Below are positions 1 to 8,728 of a stretch of DNA of 25,359 bases, piece by piece. The stretch is taken from positions 1 to 25,359 of the forward strand of contig JBJTJU010000091.1 in NCBI GenBank assembly GCA_046096165.1, written 5' to 3'. Position numbers and translations under genes: made by a program. The stretch is from Phycisphaerales bacterium (lineage in GTDB: Bacteria > Planctomycetota > Phycisphaerae > Phycisphaerales > SM1A02). The notes under the pieces were generated by a model. The model saw nothing but the letters and a program-made list of their open reading frames with translations, made no database searches and was not told the origin of the DNA. Position 1 is the stretch's first letter. Each line of letters opens with the position of its first letter.

Positions 1-275
1 TCGACCAGCTCCAGGCTCCCGGTCAGCAGGCTCGTGGGCGCGAAGACGATCTCCGCGCGGCGGATCGATGCGACGCGGCCGGCCTCGCCATCCCACCCCC
101 GGGCGCGCAGTGTGAGGTCGGTGGCCTGGGACGGCTGGAACCGCGTGAAGGCCACGGACCTCACCCTGCGGGCCCGCGGGTGGGACGGCGAGGCCGGCCG
201 CGTCGCATCGATCCGCCGCGCGGAGATCGTCTTCGCGCCCACGAGCCTGCGGACCGGGAGCATTGAGCTCGTGGA
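1..275. repeat. Imperfect inverted repeat (fold-back): arms 1-127 and 149-275, 21-nt spacer
   Basis: Manual alignment of the reverse complement of 1-127 to 149-275 gives 117/127 identity with no gaps. Seven of the 10 mismatches are synonymous third-position changes in the AsmA frame. Confidence 0.95.
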
Positions 276-3200
276 GCTGGAGAGCGACGGCCTGTCGGTC
301 TCGATCGTCGAACGCACCGACCAGCCGGGATCGTTCAACCTGCTGGCCCTCACCCCGGCGCAGAAGTCGGGCGGTGGCGTGCGCCAGCCGCGCAGTGCGC
401 TGCTGCGGGACATCCGCATCGAGCGTGCGATGCTCGATGGAGGCGTACTGAAGCCCGTCGTGAAGCTGGCCTTCGCGGCCGACTTCGCGCACCTGCCCGA
501 CGACCCGTCGCTCTACCGGTTCACCCTGCTGCAGATCGAGCAGGACGGCGCGCCGCCCGCCGGCGACCCGATCCGCGTCGGCGGCACCTGGAACGAGCGC
601 ACGCTGAGCTACGAAGCCACGCTCGAGCCGATGGACGTCGGGCCCTCGATCCTCGGCGTGCTGCCCGTGACGGCGCGCGAATGGGCGCGGCGCGCGGGGC
701 TCGTCGGGCGGATCGAGCGTGCCACCGTCACCGGAAGCCCCGATCGCCCGGTCCGCGCCGCGGACGTGTCGCTGCGCGAGGTGCGGCTGCGCGACCGTTC
801 CGCGGCACGGGCCCTCGGCTGGGGCCGCATCGACGGCGCCGAGGTGCGACGCATCGACGGGGACGTCGGCGTCTCGATTGGCGAGGCGAACCTGAAGCTC
901 GCGGGATCGGAGGTGGAGGTGCGCGCCATGCGTGCCGTGGTCACGACCGGCGCCGGGCAGGACCTCCTGGAGATCCCGGTCGAGGGATCGCTGCGCGCGG
1001 ACCTGGCGCCCGCCGGCGGCGTGCCGGCGACGCTCGGTGCGGGCGACGAGTGGCTGGCGCGCGCGCTGTCGCTCACGCCCTTCCGGCTGGCGGTGCGCAT
1101 CCCGGACGTCGACACCCGGCCGCTGCCGGACGGGCGCATGCGCCGCGTCGAGCTGCCGATCGACGTCGCGGACGCGCTCGGCAAGCTCGGCCTCTCGTCC
1201 TGGCGCGCGAACCTCGACGTCACCGTGGAGCGCGCGGCCGCGGTGGCGGGCACGCCGTCGCCGGTGCGGCTGCAGGGAACGGTGGACGTGCTCGGCGGAC
1301 GGTTCCAGCCTCCCGGCGTGCCGGTGGCGCTCACCGAGGTCGCCGGGCGCATCGAGCTGCGGGACGGAACGGTCGCGCTTCGGGGGATCCGCGCCGAGGG
1401 CCCGTCGGGTGCCACCATCGAGGCATCGGGCACGGTGCAGATCGCCGAGCCGACCAACCGGTTCGACGTCAACCTGCGCGCGGCGGGATTCGTGGTCGAT
1501 GCCGCGCTGGTCGAGTCGCTGCCCGCCGAGACGCGGCGCGTCGTGCGGCAGCTGCTCGATGACGAGGCATGGGAAGGGCTGCGCGCCGCCGGCATGGTCG
1601 AGCCATCGACGCGCCCGGGCGGCACCGTGGGCGCCGACGTCCGGATCGTCCGCGACGCGCGCGGCGAGGTCGACGTGCGTGGCAGCCTCTCGCTGGCGGA
1701 CTTCCGGCTGGTGATCGAGGCGTTCCCCTACCCGCTCGCGATCGACGGCACGCTGCGCATCGGGTCCGGGCGCGTGGAGCTGCCGCCCGGCGGGCTGGCG
1801 GTGCGCACGCCGTTCGAGGGCCACGGCCGGCTGCGCGGCCATGTCCTCCTGCCCGAGGAGGGCGTGTGCGACGTGGTGAGCACCTACATCACCTTCGAGA
1901 TCGCCAACGAACGCCTGACGCGCACGCTGCTGGCGTGCCTGCCGCCGAGCTTCGAGGACCGCGAGGGCCGGCCCGAGGGCTGGCCCGGGTCGACGTTCGC
2001 GCCGAAGGCCGAGATCCTCATGGGACTGGGGCTCGAGGGACGCCTGGCGGCCGGCGGCACCGTGCGTACGCGCGCCGACGGGAGCGACGCCGTCATCCTG
2101 CGCATCGAGGTCTCCGAAGGCCGCGTGCGGCCGTCGGCGCAACTGGCGTCCATCCTGCGCCGGTACGGCCTCTCGTGGCCGGGCCGCATGCCGCTCGACG
2201 GCGTGGCCGGCGTGATCGAGGCGTCCGCGGACACCCTGCGCGTGCGTGACGGCCAGGCCACGCTGCAGGAGGGCACGATCCGCGTGGAGGCCGACTTCCC
2301 GGGTCCCGGGGACGACGGCTGGCTCTCGATCGACCTCGAGGACTTCCCGTTCGAGCGAAACCTCGCGCGCATCGTCGAGGGCGACGGCACCGATGCCGCG
2401 GTGCGCGCGTGGGACGCGTTCGCACCCACGGGACGCTTCGACGCATCCGTATTCTGGGAACGCCAGGGCGAACGCACGCTGACCTGGGCGAACGCGCGGC
2501 CACGCTGGATGGAACTTGGCGGTGGCGTGCGGCTCGACGCGGCCTGCGGTGCGCTCACCTACCGGGACGGCGAGGTGCGGCTCGAGGACATCGACCTGCG
2601 CGGCACCGATGCCGACGGCTCGGCGCTGCGGATCGAGGCCAACGGCACCGTGGTGGGCGCGGCGCCGGACTTCCGCGCATCCGTCGACGGACTGCGGATC
2701 TCAAGCCCCGTGGTCGCCGCGGCCGTGCGCGCCGCCGAGCTGCCGACGGTCACCGACTTCATGACCCAGTGGCGGACGGACGGCTCGCTCGACGTGGCGG
2801 TCTCGCTGCCGGCCACGAAGCTCGACGCCCCGTGGGACGTGACCGTGGTGCCGACCCGTCTCGTGGCCGAGCGCGACGACCGGCGCCTGGCGATCCTCCA
2901 CCTCGGCGGCGACATCGCGATCTGCCCGGCGGGCGCGCGCATCGACGCGCTGGAGCTGGCGCTCGACCGCGGCATCGTGCGCCTCGACGGCGCCTTCGGC
3001 GAGGGCCGCGCCGGCGGCATGGCCGGCGAGCTGTCGATCGCCGCCACGGTGGACACGCTGTCGCCGGGCCTGCGCGCACTCTTCCCGAAGGTGGCCGACG
3101 ACGCGCTGGAAGCGATCTCCTTCCGCACCGATGCATCGATCTGGACCGACGGCCTGCGCATCGTGCTCGATGCCCCGGTCGACGGCGAGCGGCGGGTCAT

Positions 3201-4092
3201 GGTGACGGGCGAGGTGGGCTTCGGCGATGCCGCGTTCGACCCCGGCATCGAGCTCCGCCGGATCGACGGGACCATCGCCTTCGACCTGGCCACGGTCGGC
3301 GGACGTGCGGCGGGGACGCTCGGCTTCGACCTGGCGCAGCTTGAGTTCCTGTCCCGCCGTGCCACCGACGTCGCGGGGGTGCTCGCCTTCGACGGCGGCA
3401 CGGGCCTGGTGCGGCTCGAGGAACTCGAGGCCTCGATGTACGGCGGGCGGATCGCCGGGCGCGGGTCGTTCGACCCCGGCGACGGCTGGCAGGTGCATGT
3501 CGCGTGCGCCAACGTCGGCTTCGGACGGTTCGTCGCCGCGGGCGGCGCGCTGCCGAAGGGCGCCACGCTTCCCGCCCCCGGGAACGACGGCACGCTGCGC
3601 GGGCGGTTCGACGCAAGCGGCGCCTTCGGTGACGCAGCCACGCGCCGCGGCTCGGGGCGCGTGGCCGTGGCCGAGGCGCGCATGATGGAGTTCCCGCTCG
3701 GCATGAGCCTCCTGCATCTGACGCAGCTGATGCTGCCGCTCAACGCGTCGATGGAATCGGCGAGCGTCCGCTTCGACCTCACGGGCGACCGCCTGGCGAT
3801 GCGCGACTTCGACCTGGAGAGCGGCACGCTGCGTCTCGAGGGCGAGGGCGAGCTGGACACCGACGACGGCGCGCTGTCCCTGCGGCTGCGCAACCGCGGG
3901 CGGTTCCCGATCCTGAGCGACCTCTACGGCATCGTGAGCGACCAGGTCTTCGCGATCGACGTGGGGGGTACCATCAACGACCCGCAGCCGGCGCTGGCGC
4001 CCATGCCAGGACTGCTGCCGCGGACGCCCGCGCCCGACGCGCCGGCCGCCGACCCCACCGCGCCGACCTCGGCGAAGGAGCAGACGCGATGA
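34..4092 (+). CDS. AsmA-like (YhdP/TamB superfamily) large envelope protein, probable bridge-like lipid-transfer protein; N-terminus missing (positions 1-127 are an inverted copy of 149-275)
   Basis: 1352-aa ORF of repeated beta-strand/Gly-rich units. The C-terminus resembles AsmA_2/DUF3971 (LEELEASMYGGRIAGRGSF...GRGELDTDDGALSLRL...FAIDVGGTINDPQ). The frame is open to the window edge, and genuine coding sequence probably starts at or after ~128. TGA 4090-4092 overlaps the next ATG. Family call is by pattern recognition only. Confidence 0.7.
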   Translation: MGAKTISARRIDATRPASPSHPRARSVRSVAWDGWNRVKATDLTLRARGWDGEAGRVASIRRAEIVFAPTSLRTGSIELVELESDGLSVSIVERTDQPGSFNLLALTPAQKSGGGVRQPRSALLRDIRIERAMLDGGVLKPVVKLAFAADFAHLPDDPSLYRFTLLQIEQDGAPPAGDPIRVGGTWNERTLSYEATLEPMDVGPSILGVLPVTAREWARRAGLVGRIERATVTGSPDRPVRAADVSLREVRLRDRSAARALGWGRIDGAEVRRIDGDVGVSIGEANLKLAGSEVEVRAMRAVVTTGAGQDLLEIPVEGSLRADLAPAGGVPATLGAGDEWLARALSLTPFRLAVRIPDVDTRPLPDGRMRRVELPIDVADALGKLGLSSWRANLDVTVERAAAVAGTPSPVRLQGTVDVLGGRFQPPGVPVALTEVAGRIELRDGTVALRGIRAEGPSGATIEASGTVQIAEPTNRFDVNLRAAGFVVDAALVESLPAETRRVVRQLLDDEAWEGLRAAGMVEPSTRPGGTVGADVRIVRDARGEVDVRGSLSLADFRLVIEAFPYPLAIDGTLRIGSGRVELPPGGLAVRTPFEGHGRLRGHVLLPEEGVCDVVSTYITFEIANERLTRTLLACLPPSFEDREGRPEGWPGSTFAPKAEILMGLGLEGRLAAGGTVRTRADGSDAVILRIEVSEGRVRPSAQLASILRRYGLSWPGRMPLDGVAGVIEASADTLRVRDGQATLQEGTIRVEADFPGPGDDGWLSIDLEDFPFERNLARIVEGDGTDAAVRAWDAFAPTGRFDASVFWERQGERTLTWANARPRWMELGGGVRLDAACGALTYRDGEVRLEDIDLRGTDADGSALRIEANGTVVGAAPDFRASVDGLRISSPVVAAAVRAAELPTVTDFMTQWRTDGSLDVAVSLPATKLDAPWDVTVVPTRLVAERDDRRLAILHLGGDIAICPAGARIDALELALDRGIVRLDGAFGEGRAGGMAGELSIAATVDTLSPGLRALFPKVADDALEAISFRTDASIWTDGLRIVLDAPVDGERRVMVTGEVGFGDAAFDPGIELRRIDGTIAFDLATVGGRAAGTLGFDLAQLEFLSRRATDVAGVLAFDGGTGLVRLEELEASMYGGRIAGRGSFDPGDGWQVHVACANVGFGRFVAAGGALPKGATLPAPGNDGTLRGRFDASGAFGDAATRRGSGRVAVAEARMMEFPLGMSLLHLTQLMLPLNASMESASVRFDLTGDRLAMRDFDLESGTLRLEGEGELDTDDGALSLRLRNRGRFPILSDLYGIVSDQVFAIDVGGTINDPQPALAPMPGLLPRTPAPDAPAADPTAPTSAKEQTR

Positions 4093-5192
4093 ACGGAGAC
4101 GACCCGGAGGACCGCGCCCCGCGAACGGGCGAGGGCCCGATCGGCGCATTGGTGGACGACCTGGTGCGCCGCGCCGCCGCGGCCGAGGCGGCCGAGCACG
4201 GGCGCGCGCCGTCGCGCCGGACTGCGCTCATCGAGGACATGGTGCGCACCTCGCTCAAGGTGATCGCCGACGGCACCGACCTCGGGCAGGTCAAGGTGAT
4301 GGAGCGCGCGCTGCGCGAGATGCGCACCGCCTACCGGGTCTTCAACCGCTACAAGGGCGTGCGCAAGATCTCGATCTTCGGCAGCGCCCGCACGCCGGAA
4401 ACCCATCCGGACTACCACGCCGCGCGCGACTTCGGGCGCCTGATGGCGGCCGAGGGCTGGATGGCGATCACCGGCGCCGGCATGGGAATCATGCGCGCCG
4501 GCCACGAGGGACCGAGCCGCGACTCGAGCTTCGGGCTCTCGATCCGGCTGCCCTTCGAGACCAACGCCAACGACATCATCAAGGGCGACCCGAAGCTCGT
4601 GAACTTCCGCTACTTCTTCACGCGCAAGCTCATGTTCGTGAGCCACTCCGACGCGGTGGCGTGCTTCCCGGGCGGCTTCGGGACGATGGACGAGATCTTC
4701 GAGACGCTGACCCTGGTGCAGACGGGGAAGACCCACCCGATGCCGATCGTGCTGGTGGAGGGAAGCGACGCGCAGGGCGCACCGCTCGGCTACTGGAAGC
4801 GCTGGGAGGCGGGCGTGGTCGACAACCTGGTCGAGGCCGGCTGGATCTCGCCCGAGGACCGGTCGCTCTACGAGATCGCCGACAGTCCCGCGGACGCGGT
4901 GCGGCGCGTCACGCACTTCTACCGCCGCTACCACTCGTCGCGGTACATCGGCGACACCTTCGTCGTGCGCATCAAGCGGCCGCTCTCGCGCCGGCAGGTC
5001 GAGGAGCTGAACGACGCCTTCTCGCACCTGGTGAAGTCGGGCACCGTCGACCAGCACATGGGGCCGCTCGAGGGCGAGGACGACCACGTCACCCTGCCCC
5101 GCATCGCGTTCCACCACACCAAGCGCGGCTTCGGGCACGTCCGCCGATTCATCGACCGCATGAACGACATGTCCGACGAGGCCGACGCGTGA
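4089..5192 (+). CDS. LOG family (TIGR00730-like Rossmann fold) nucleotide monophosphate nucleosidase / phosphoribohydrolase, long form
   Basis: Motifs SIFGSART, ITGAGMGIMRAGHEG, FRYFFTRKLMF and PGGFGTMDE (LOG PGGxGTxxE). ATGA overlap with the upstream gene. Confidence 0.88.
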   Translation: MNGDDPEDRAPRTGEGPIGALVDDLVRRAAAAEAAEHGRAPSRRTALIEDMVRTSLKVIADGTDLGQVKVMERALREMRTAYRVFNRYKGVRKISIFGSARTPETHPDYHAARDFGRLMAAEGWMAITGAGMGIMRAGHEGPSRDSSFGLSIRLPFETNANDIIKGDPKLVNFRYFFTRKLMFVSHSDAVACFPGGFGTMDEIFETLTLVQTGKTHPMPIVLVEGSDAQGAPLGYWKRWEAGVVDNLVEAGWISPEDRSLYEIADSPADAVRRVTHFYRRYHSSRYIGDTFVVRIKRPLSRRQVEELNDAFSHLVKSGTVDQHMGPLEGEDDHVTLPRIAFHHTKRGFGHVRRFIDRMNDMSDEADA

Positions 5193-6181
5193 GGATGCGC
5201 GCCGCCGCGTGCGCCGGGGCGCTCGCCGCGGCACTCGCGGCGTGCGATGCCGCGCCGCGCGCGGCCATGCAGCCTGCAACCGACGCGGCGGCGGCCGGCT
5301 CGACGGCGGCTGCCGCAGCCGCCGGCGCGCCCGGCGCAGCGGGCGGCGAGGCGCGCCTCTCCGGCCCGGTCCGAACGAGCGTCGCCCCGGGCCAGACCGG
5401 GCTCGAGGTGGTCACGTGGCAGGTGCGCCACGACGGCGCGCGCTTCCAGGAGGCCATGCGCCGCCACGGCGTTCCGGCGGTCGGGGCGCTCGACGAGCTG
5501 GCGCTGAGGCGAAACGGCTTCGTGGTGGCGGCGGTGCGTGCCGACCGGCTGGACCAGCTGCGCGACGACCTCGGGGGAAGCGGCATGGACATCCGGCGCT
5601 GGATGGGCACCACGCCGTCCTGGCGCGAGCTCGCGGTGGCGCGTCCCGCGGGCGCCATGCTCGAGGTGGACGGGCTTGCGCGCGAGCGCCCGGGCGCGAC
5701 GCTGCGGCTCATGGTGCGCACGTGGCCGCTCCCGATGGAGGACGGCACGCGCATCGCCGTCGAGATCGTGCCGCAGGTGGTGACCGACGAACTGCAGGCG
5801 AGCCTGGTGCGCAATGCGGGGCGCCTGGCCGGGGAGACGATCCCCAGCTGCGCCGCCGGACTCGAGCTCGAGCGCGATGTGGCGTGGATCGTCACGTGCG
5901 ACCCGGGTGCCTTCGTCGAGACCGACGCCGAGGCGCCGACGCGCGCGCGCGAGGCGGCCACGCGCCACGGCCCGCCGTCGCCCGAGCCGACCCCGCACTC
6001 CGGCAAGGTGGGCGCGCGGATCGCCACGCTCGGTACGGCCCTGCTGCTTCCTGCCCCCGAACGCGCGCATGCCGGCGTCACGGCGCAGCAGACGGTGCTG
6101 GTGCTGGTGCCCCACCTTGACGCGAGCCCGTTTCCCGAAGCGCCTCCCGCGGAGGAGCCGATGACGGGGAAGACGCCATGA
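5189..6181 (+). CDS. Hypothetical lipoprotein (~330 aa); start GTG 5189 or ATG 5195
   Basis: Hydrophobic signal ending in the lipobox LAAC, then an Ala-rich linker and a beta-rich domain. GTGA overlap with the LOG stop and ATGA overlap with pssA. It is the 3' part of track ORF 4661..6181. Confidence 0.75.
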   Translation: MRMRAAACAGALAAALAACDAAPRAAMQPATDAAAAGSTAAAAAAGAPGAAGGEARLSGPVRTSVAPGQTGLEVVTWQVRHDGARFQEAMRRHGVPAVGALDELALRRNGFVVAAVRADRLDQLRDDLGGSGMDIRRWMGTTPSWRELAVARPAGAMLEVDGLARERPGATLRLMVRTWPLPMEDGTRIAVEIVPQVVTDELQASLVRNAGRLAGETIPSCAAGLELERDVAWIVTCDPGAFVETDAEAPTRAREAATRHGPPSPEPTPHSGKVGARIATLGTALLLPAPERAHAGVTAQQTVLVLVPHLDASPFPEAPPAEEPMTGKTP

Positions 6182-7137
6182 GCCAGGACCCCCTCACGCC
6201 TGCCCCTGCCCGGCCCGAGGGCAGCCGCCCGCGACGGCTGCGCGGTGCACGGCTGCGTCGCCGCGGCGACCGCCCGATCCCGGGCGTCAAGGTGCTGCCG
6301 ACGGCGATGACGCTGGCGAACCTGGTGTGCGGCTTCGCGGCGATCTTCTACTCGGCGCGCGCCGGCGAGACCGGCGGTCCGACGCCCTTCGGCTGGCACC
6401 CGCTCACGGTGGCGGGCGTGCTGGTGTTCCTCGGCATGGCCTTCGACGCAGTCGACGGGTCGCTTGCGCGCCTGACGCGCTCGACGAGCGACCTGGGTGC
6501 CCAGCTTGATTCGCTCGCGGACGTCGTGACCTTCGGCGTGGCGCCGGCGTTCATGATGCTGCGGCTGGTCAGCGTCTACTACGGGCCGGGCGAGATCATC
6601 CTCGGTCCCGACACCGGCAACCTCTACGCTCGGCTCTGCTGGTCGGTGGCGGCGATCTACATCTGCTGCACGGCACTGCGCCTGGCGCGCTTCAACGTCG
6701 AGACCGCCAGCGCCGACGAGGACGACCACCTGTGGTTCAAGGGGCTGCCGTCGCCGGGCGCGGGAGGCGCCGTGGCGAGCCTGACGCTCCTGCACCAGCA
6801 CCTGGTGCTGGTCACCTGGAAGGACGAGCTGCCCGCCGGCTTCGGCCCGGCGAGCGCGCTGGCGATCCCGGCCGCGACCCTGCTCTGCGCGTTCGCGATG
6901 GTGAGCCGGGTGCGCTACCCCCACTTCGTGAACCGCTACCTGAAGGGCCGCAAGTCCGTGCCCGCCGTCGCCATCGGCCTGATGATCGTGGCCACCGCGG
7001 TGTGGTGGTTCCATGAGGCGCTTGCCATCGCGATGACCGCCTACGCCCTGAGCGGACCGGCGACCGCGCTGGTGCGACGCTCCGCGCCGGCCGGTGCGCC
7101 GCCGGCGGGAGGCACGGGCCCGGAATCGATGCGCTAG
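6178..7137 (+). CDS. pssA: CDP-diacylglycerol--serine O-phosphatidyltransferase (CDP-alcohol phosphatidyltransferase family)
   Basis: LPTAMTLANLVCGF N-terminal motif, CDP-alcohol phosphotransferase signature DAVDGSLAR...GAQLDSLADVVTFG, LRLARFN and FKGLPSP, with multiple transmembrane segments. Confidence 0.9.
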   Translation: MSQDPLTPAPARPEGSRPRRLRGARLRRRGDRPIPGVKVLPTAMTLANLVCGFAAIFYSARAGETGGPTPFGWHPLTVAGVLVFLGMAFDAVDGSLARLTRSTSDLGAQLDSLADVVTFGVAPAFMMLRLVSVYYGPGEIILGPDTGNLYARLCWSVAAIYICCTALRLARFNVETASADEDDHLWFKGLPSPGAGGAVASLTLLHQHLVLVTWKDELPAGFGPASALAIPAATLLCAFAMVSRVRYPHFVNRYLKGRKSVPAVAIGLMIVATAVWWFHEALAIAMTAYALSGPATALVRRSAPAGAPPAGGTGPESMR

Positions 7138-7158
7138 GCTTCGACGAGCCGACAAGGA
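7135..7158 (+). promoter_or_regulatory. Putative internal -10 box (TAGGCT, 7135-7140, overlapping the pssA TAG stop) and SD-like AAGGA (7154-7158) for dacB
   Basis: The TAnnnT hexamer resembles the other -10 candidates in the window. AAGGA lies 10 nt before ATG 7169. Confidence 0.4.
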
Positions 7159-7168
7159 TCGTCGACCA

Positions 7169-8728
7169 ATGCGCATTTCGAACTCCCTGACGTCCGGACT
7201 GCTCGCCTCCTTCCTGGTCGCGGCCGGCGCCGCCTCGATGGCCTGCGCGGGCGCACCGATGCGGAACGCCGCCCCGACGCGCGCCGCCGCGCCCGCGCGT
7301 GCCCCCGCCGACCTCGGCGCCGCCGTCCGTGCGGCGGTCGAGGCAAGCGGGCTGCGCGGCTCGACGGTGTCGGTGTCCGTGCGAGACGTCGCAAGCGGGA
7401 AGAGCGTCGCCGACGTCGACGGCGGCACCGCGATGGTGCCCGCAAGCAACATGAAGGTGCTGACCACCGCCGCGGCCCTGCACGTCCTGGGCGCGGACTG
7501 GAAGTTCCGCACCCGGATGGTGCGCGACGGCGACCGGCTGGTGGTCGTGGGCGATGGCGACCCGTCGCTCGGTGACCCGGAGTTCCTCGCGCGCATGCAG
7601 CACACCACGGCCGACGGCACGCGCCGCGCCGGGCTGAGCACTGAGCAGCTCGTCGATACGTGGGTGAACGCCGCGCGGCGCGCGGGCATCGACCGGGTGA
7701 GCGAGGTGATCGTCGACGACCGGGTGTTCGACCGGCAGTTCGTGCATCCCTCGTGGCCGGCGGACCAGCTCTCCAACAGCTACTGCGCCGAGGTTGCGGG
7801 CCTCAACTTCCACGAGAACCTGATCGGCGCGGCACTGACGCTCTCGGGCGGGCGCCCGGCCGTGTCGTCGACGCAGCCCGCGGCGCCGTGGATCAGCTTC
7901 GATCCCGGCCGCGCCACCGCCGACGGCGGCAAGCGCGCCTCGCAGACGATCGGCATCCTGCGCTCGGACGAACCGTGGCGCTTCACGCTCTCCGGGAACA
8001 TGAAGGCGACGCCCGCCGAGCCGGTCAGCATCTGCGTGCAGAACATGCCGGAGTTCTTCGCCCGCTACGTGGGCGAGCGCCTGCGGCGCGCAGGCATCGC
8101 GTGCGCATCGGTGCGCGTCGCGGCGCCCGCCGACCCTGACTTCTCGGGGGACTCGGTGGGCCCCGAGATCGTGATGCCGATCGGCGAGGTGGTCCGCCGC
8201 TGCAACACCGAGAGCCACAACCTCTACGCCGAGGCCCTGCTGAAGCGCCTGGCCGCCGAGAAGCTCGGCAAGCCCGGCAGCTGGTCCGGTGGTGCACGGG
8301 CGCTCACCGCAGTGGTCGACGAGCGGCTGGGCGCGGGAATCGCAGCGAAGGCGCTGGTGGTGTCCGACGGCAGCGGCTTGTCGCGCGACAACCGCGTGGC
8401 GCCGGGGCTCGTCACGGCATGGCTTCGGTCGATCGCAAACGACGACCGCATCGCGTCGCCGTTCATCGCGAGCCTGGCGGTGGCCGGCGAGACCGGCACC
8501 GTGCGCAAGCGCTTCGACACGCTGGACACCTCGCGCGTGTTCGTCCCGTGCAAGACCGGCTACATCAACGGCACCAGCTGCCTGTCGGGGTACGTCGGCG
8601 CGCCGGGCGCGACGCCGCGCTGGGCGTTCAGCGTGATGTGCAACGACCTCACGAAGACCAAGGAGGGCGTGGCCAAGGCCAAGGCGCTCCAGGAACGCGT
8701 GGTGATGATCCTGGCGGGGGCCATGTGA
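7169..8728 (+). CDS. dacB: D-alanyl-D-alanine carboxypeptidase/endopeptidase (PBP4, peptidase S13)
   Basis: Catalytic motifs SxxK (PASNMK), SxN (ESHN) and KTG (CKTGYING), plus the S13 hallmarks GDGDPSLG and DGSGLSRDNR. Signal peptide follows ATG 7169, which has an SD-like AAGGA. Confidence 0.92.
   Translation: MRISNSLTSGLLASFLVAAGAASMACAGAPMRNAAPTRAAAPARAPADLGAAVRAAVEASGLRGSTVSVSVRDVASGKSVADVDGGTAMVPASNMKVLTTAAALHVLGADWKFRTRMVRDGDRLVVVGDGDPSLGDPEFLARMQHTTADGTRRAGLSTEQLVDTWVNAARRAGIDRVSEVIVDDRVFDRQFVHPSWPADQLSNSYCAEVAGLNFHENLIGAALTLSGGRPAVSSTQPAAPWISFDPGRATADGGKRASQTIGILRSDEPWRFTLSGNMKATPAEPVSICVQNMPEFFARYVGERLRRAGIACASVRVAAPADPDFSGDSVGPEIVMPIGEVVRRCNTESHNLYAEALLKRLAAEKLGKPGSWSGGARALTAVVDERLGAGIAAKALVVSDGSGLSRDNRVAPGLVTAWLRSIANDDRIASPFIASLAVAGETGTVRKRFDTLDTSRVFVPCKTGYINGTSCLSGYVGAPGATPRWAFSVMCNDLTKTKEGVAKAKALQERVVMILAGAM

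Noticed and set aside
4089-5192. LOG protein as evidence of cytokinin production or a lysine decarboxylase
   Set aside because: The family is widespread as nucleotide monophosphate nucleosidases. 'Lysine decarboxylase' is a known misannotation, and no tRNA-isopentenyltransferase context is present.
7169-8728. Peptidoglycan enzyme in a presumed planctomycete as a novelty
   Set aside because: Peptidoglycan and its enzymes are already established in Planctomycetota.
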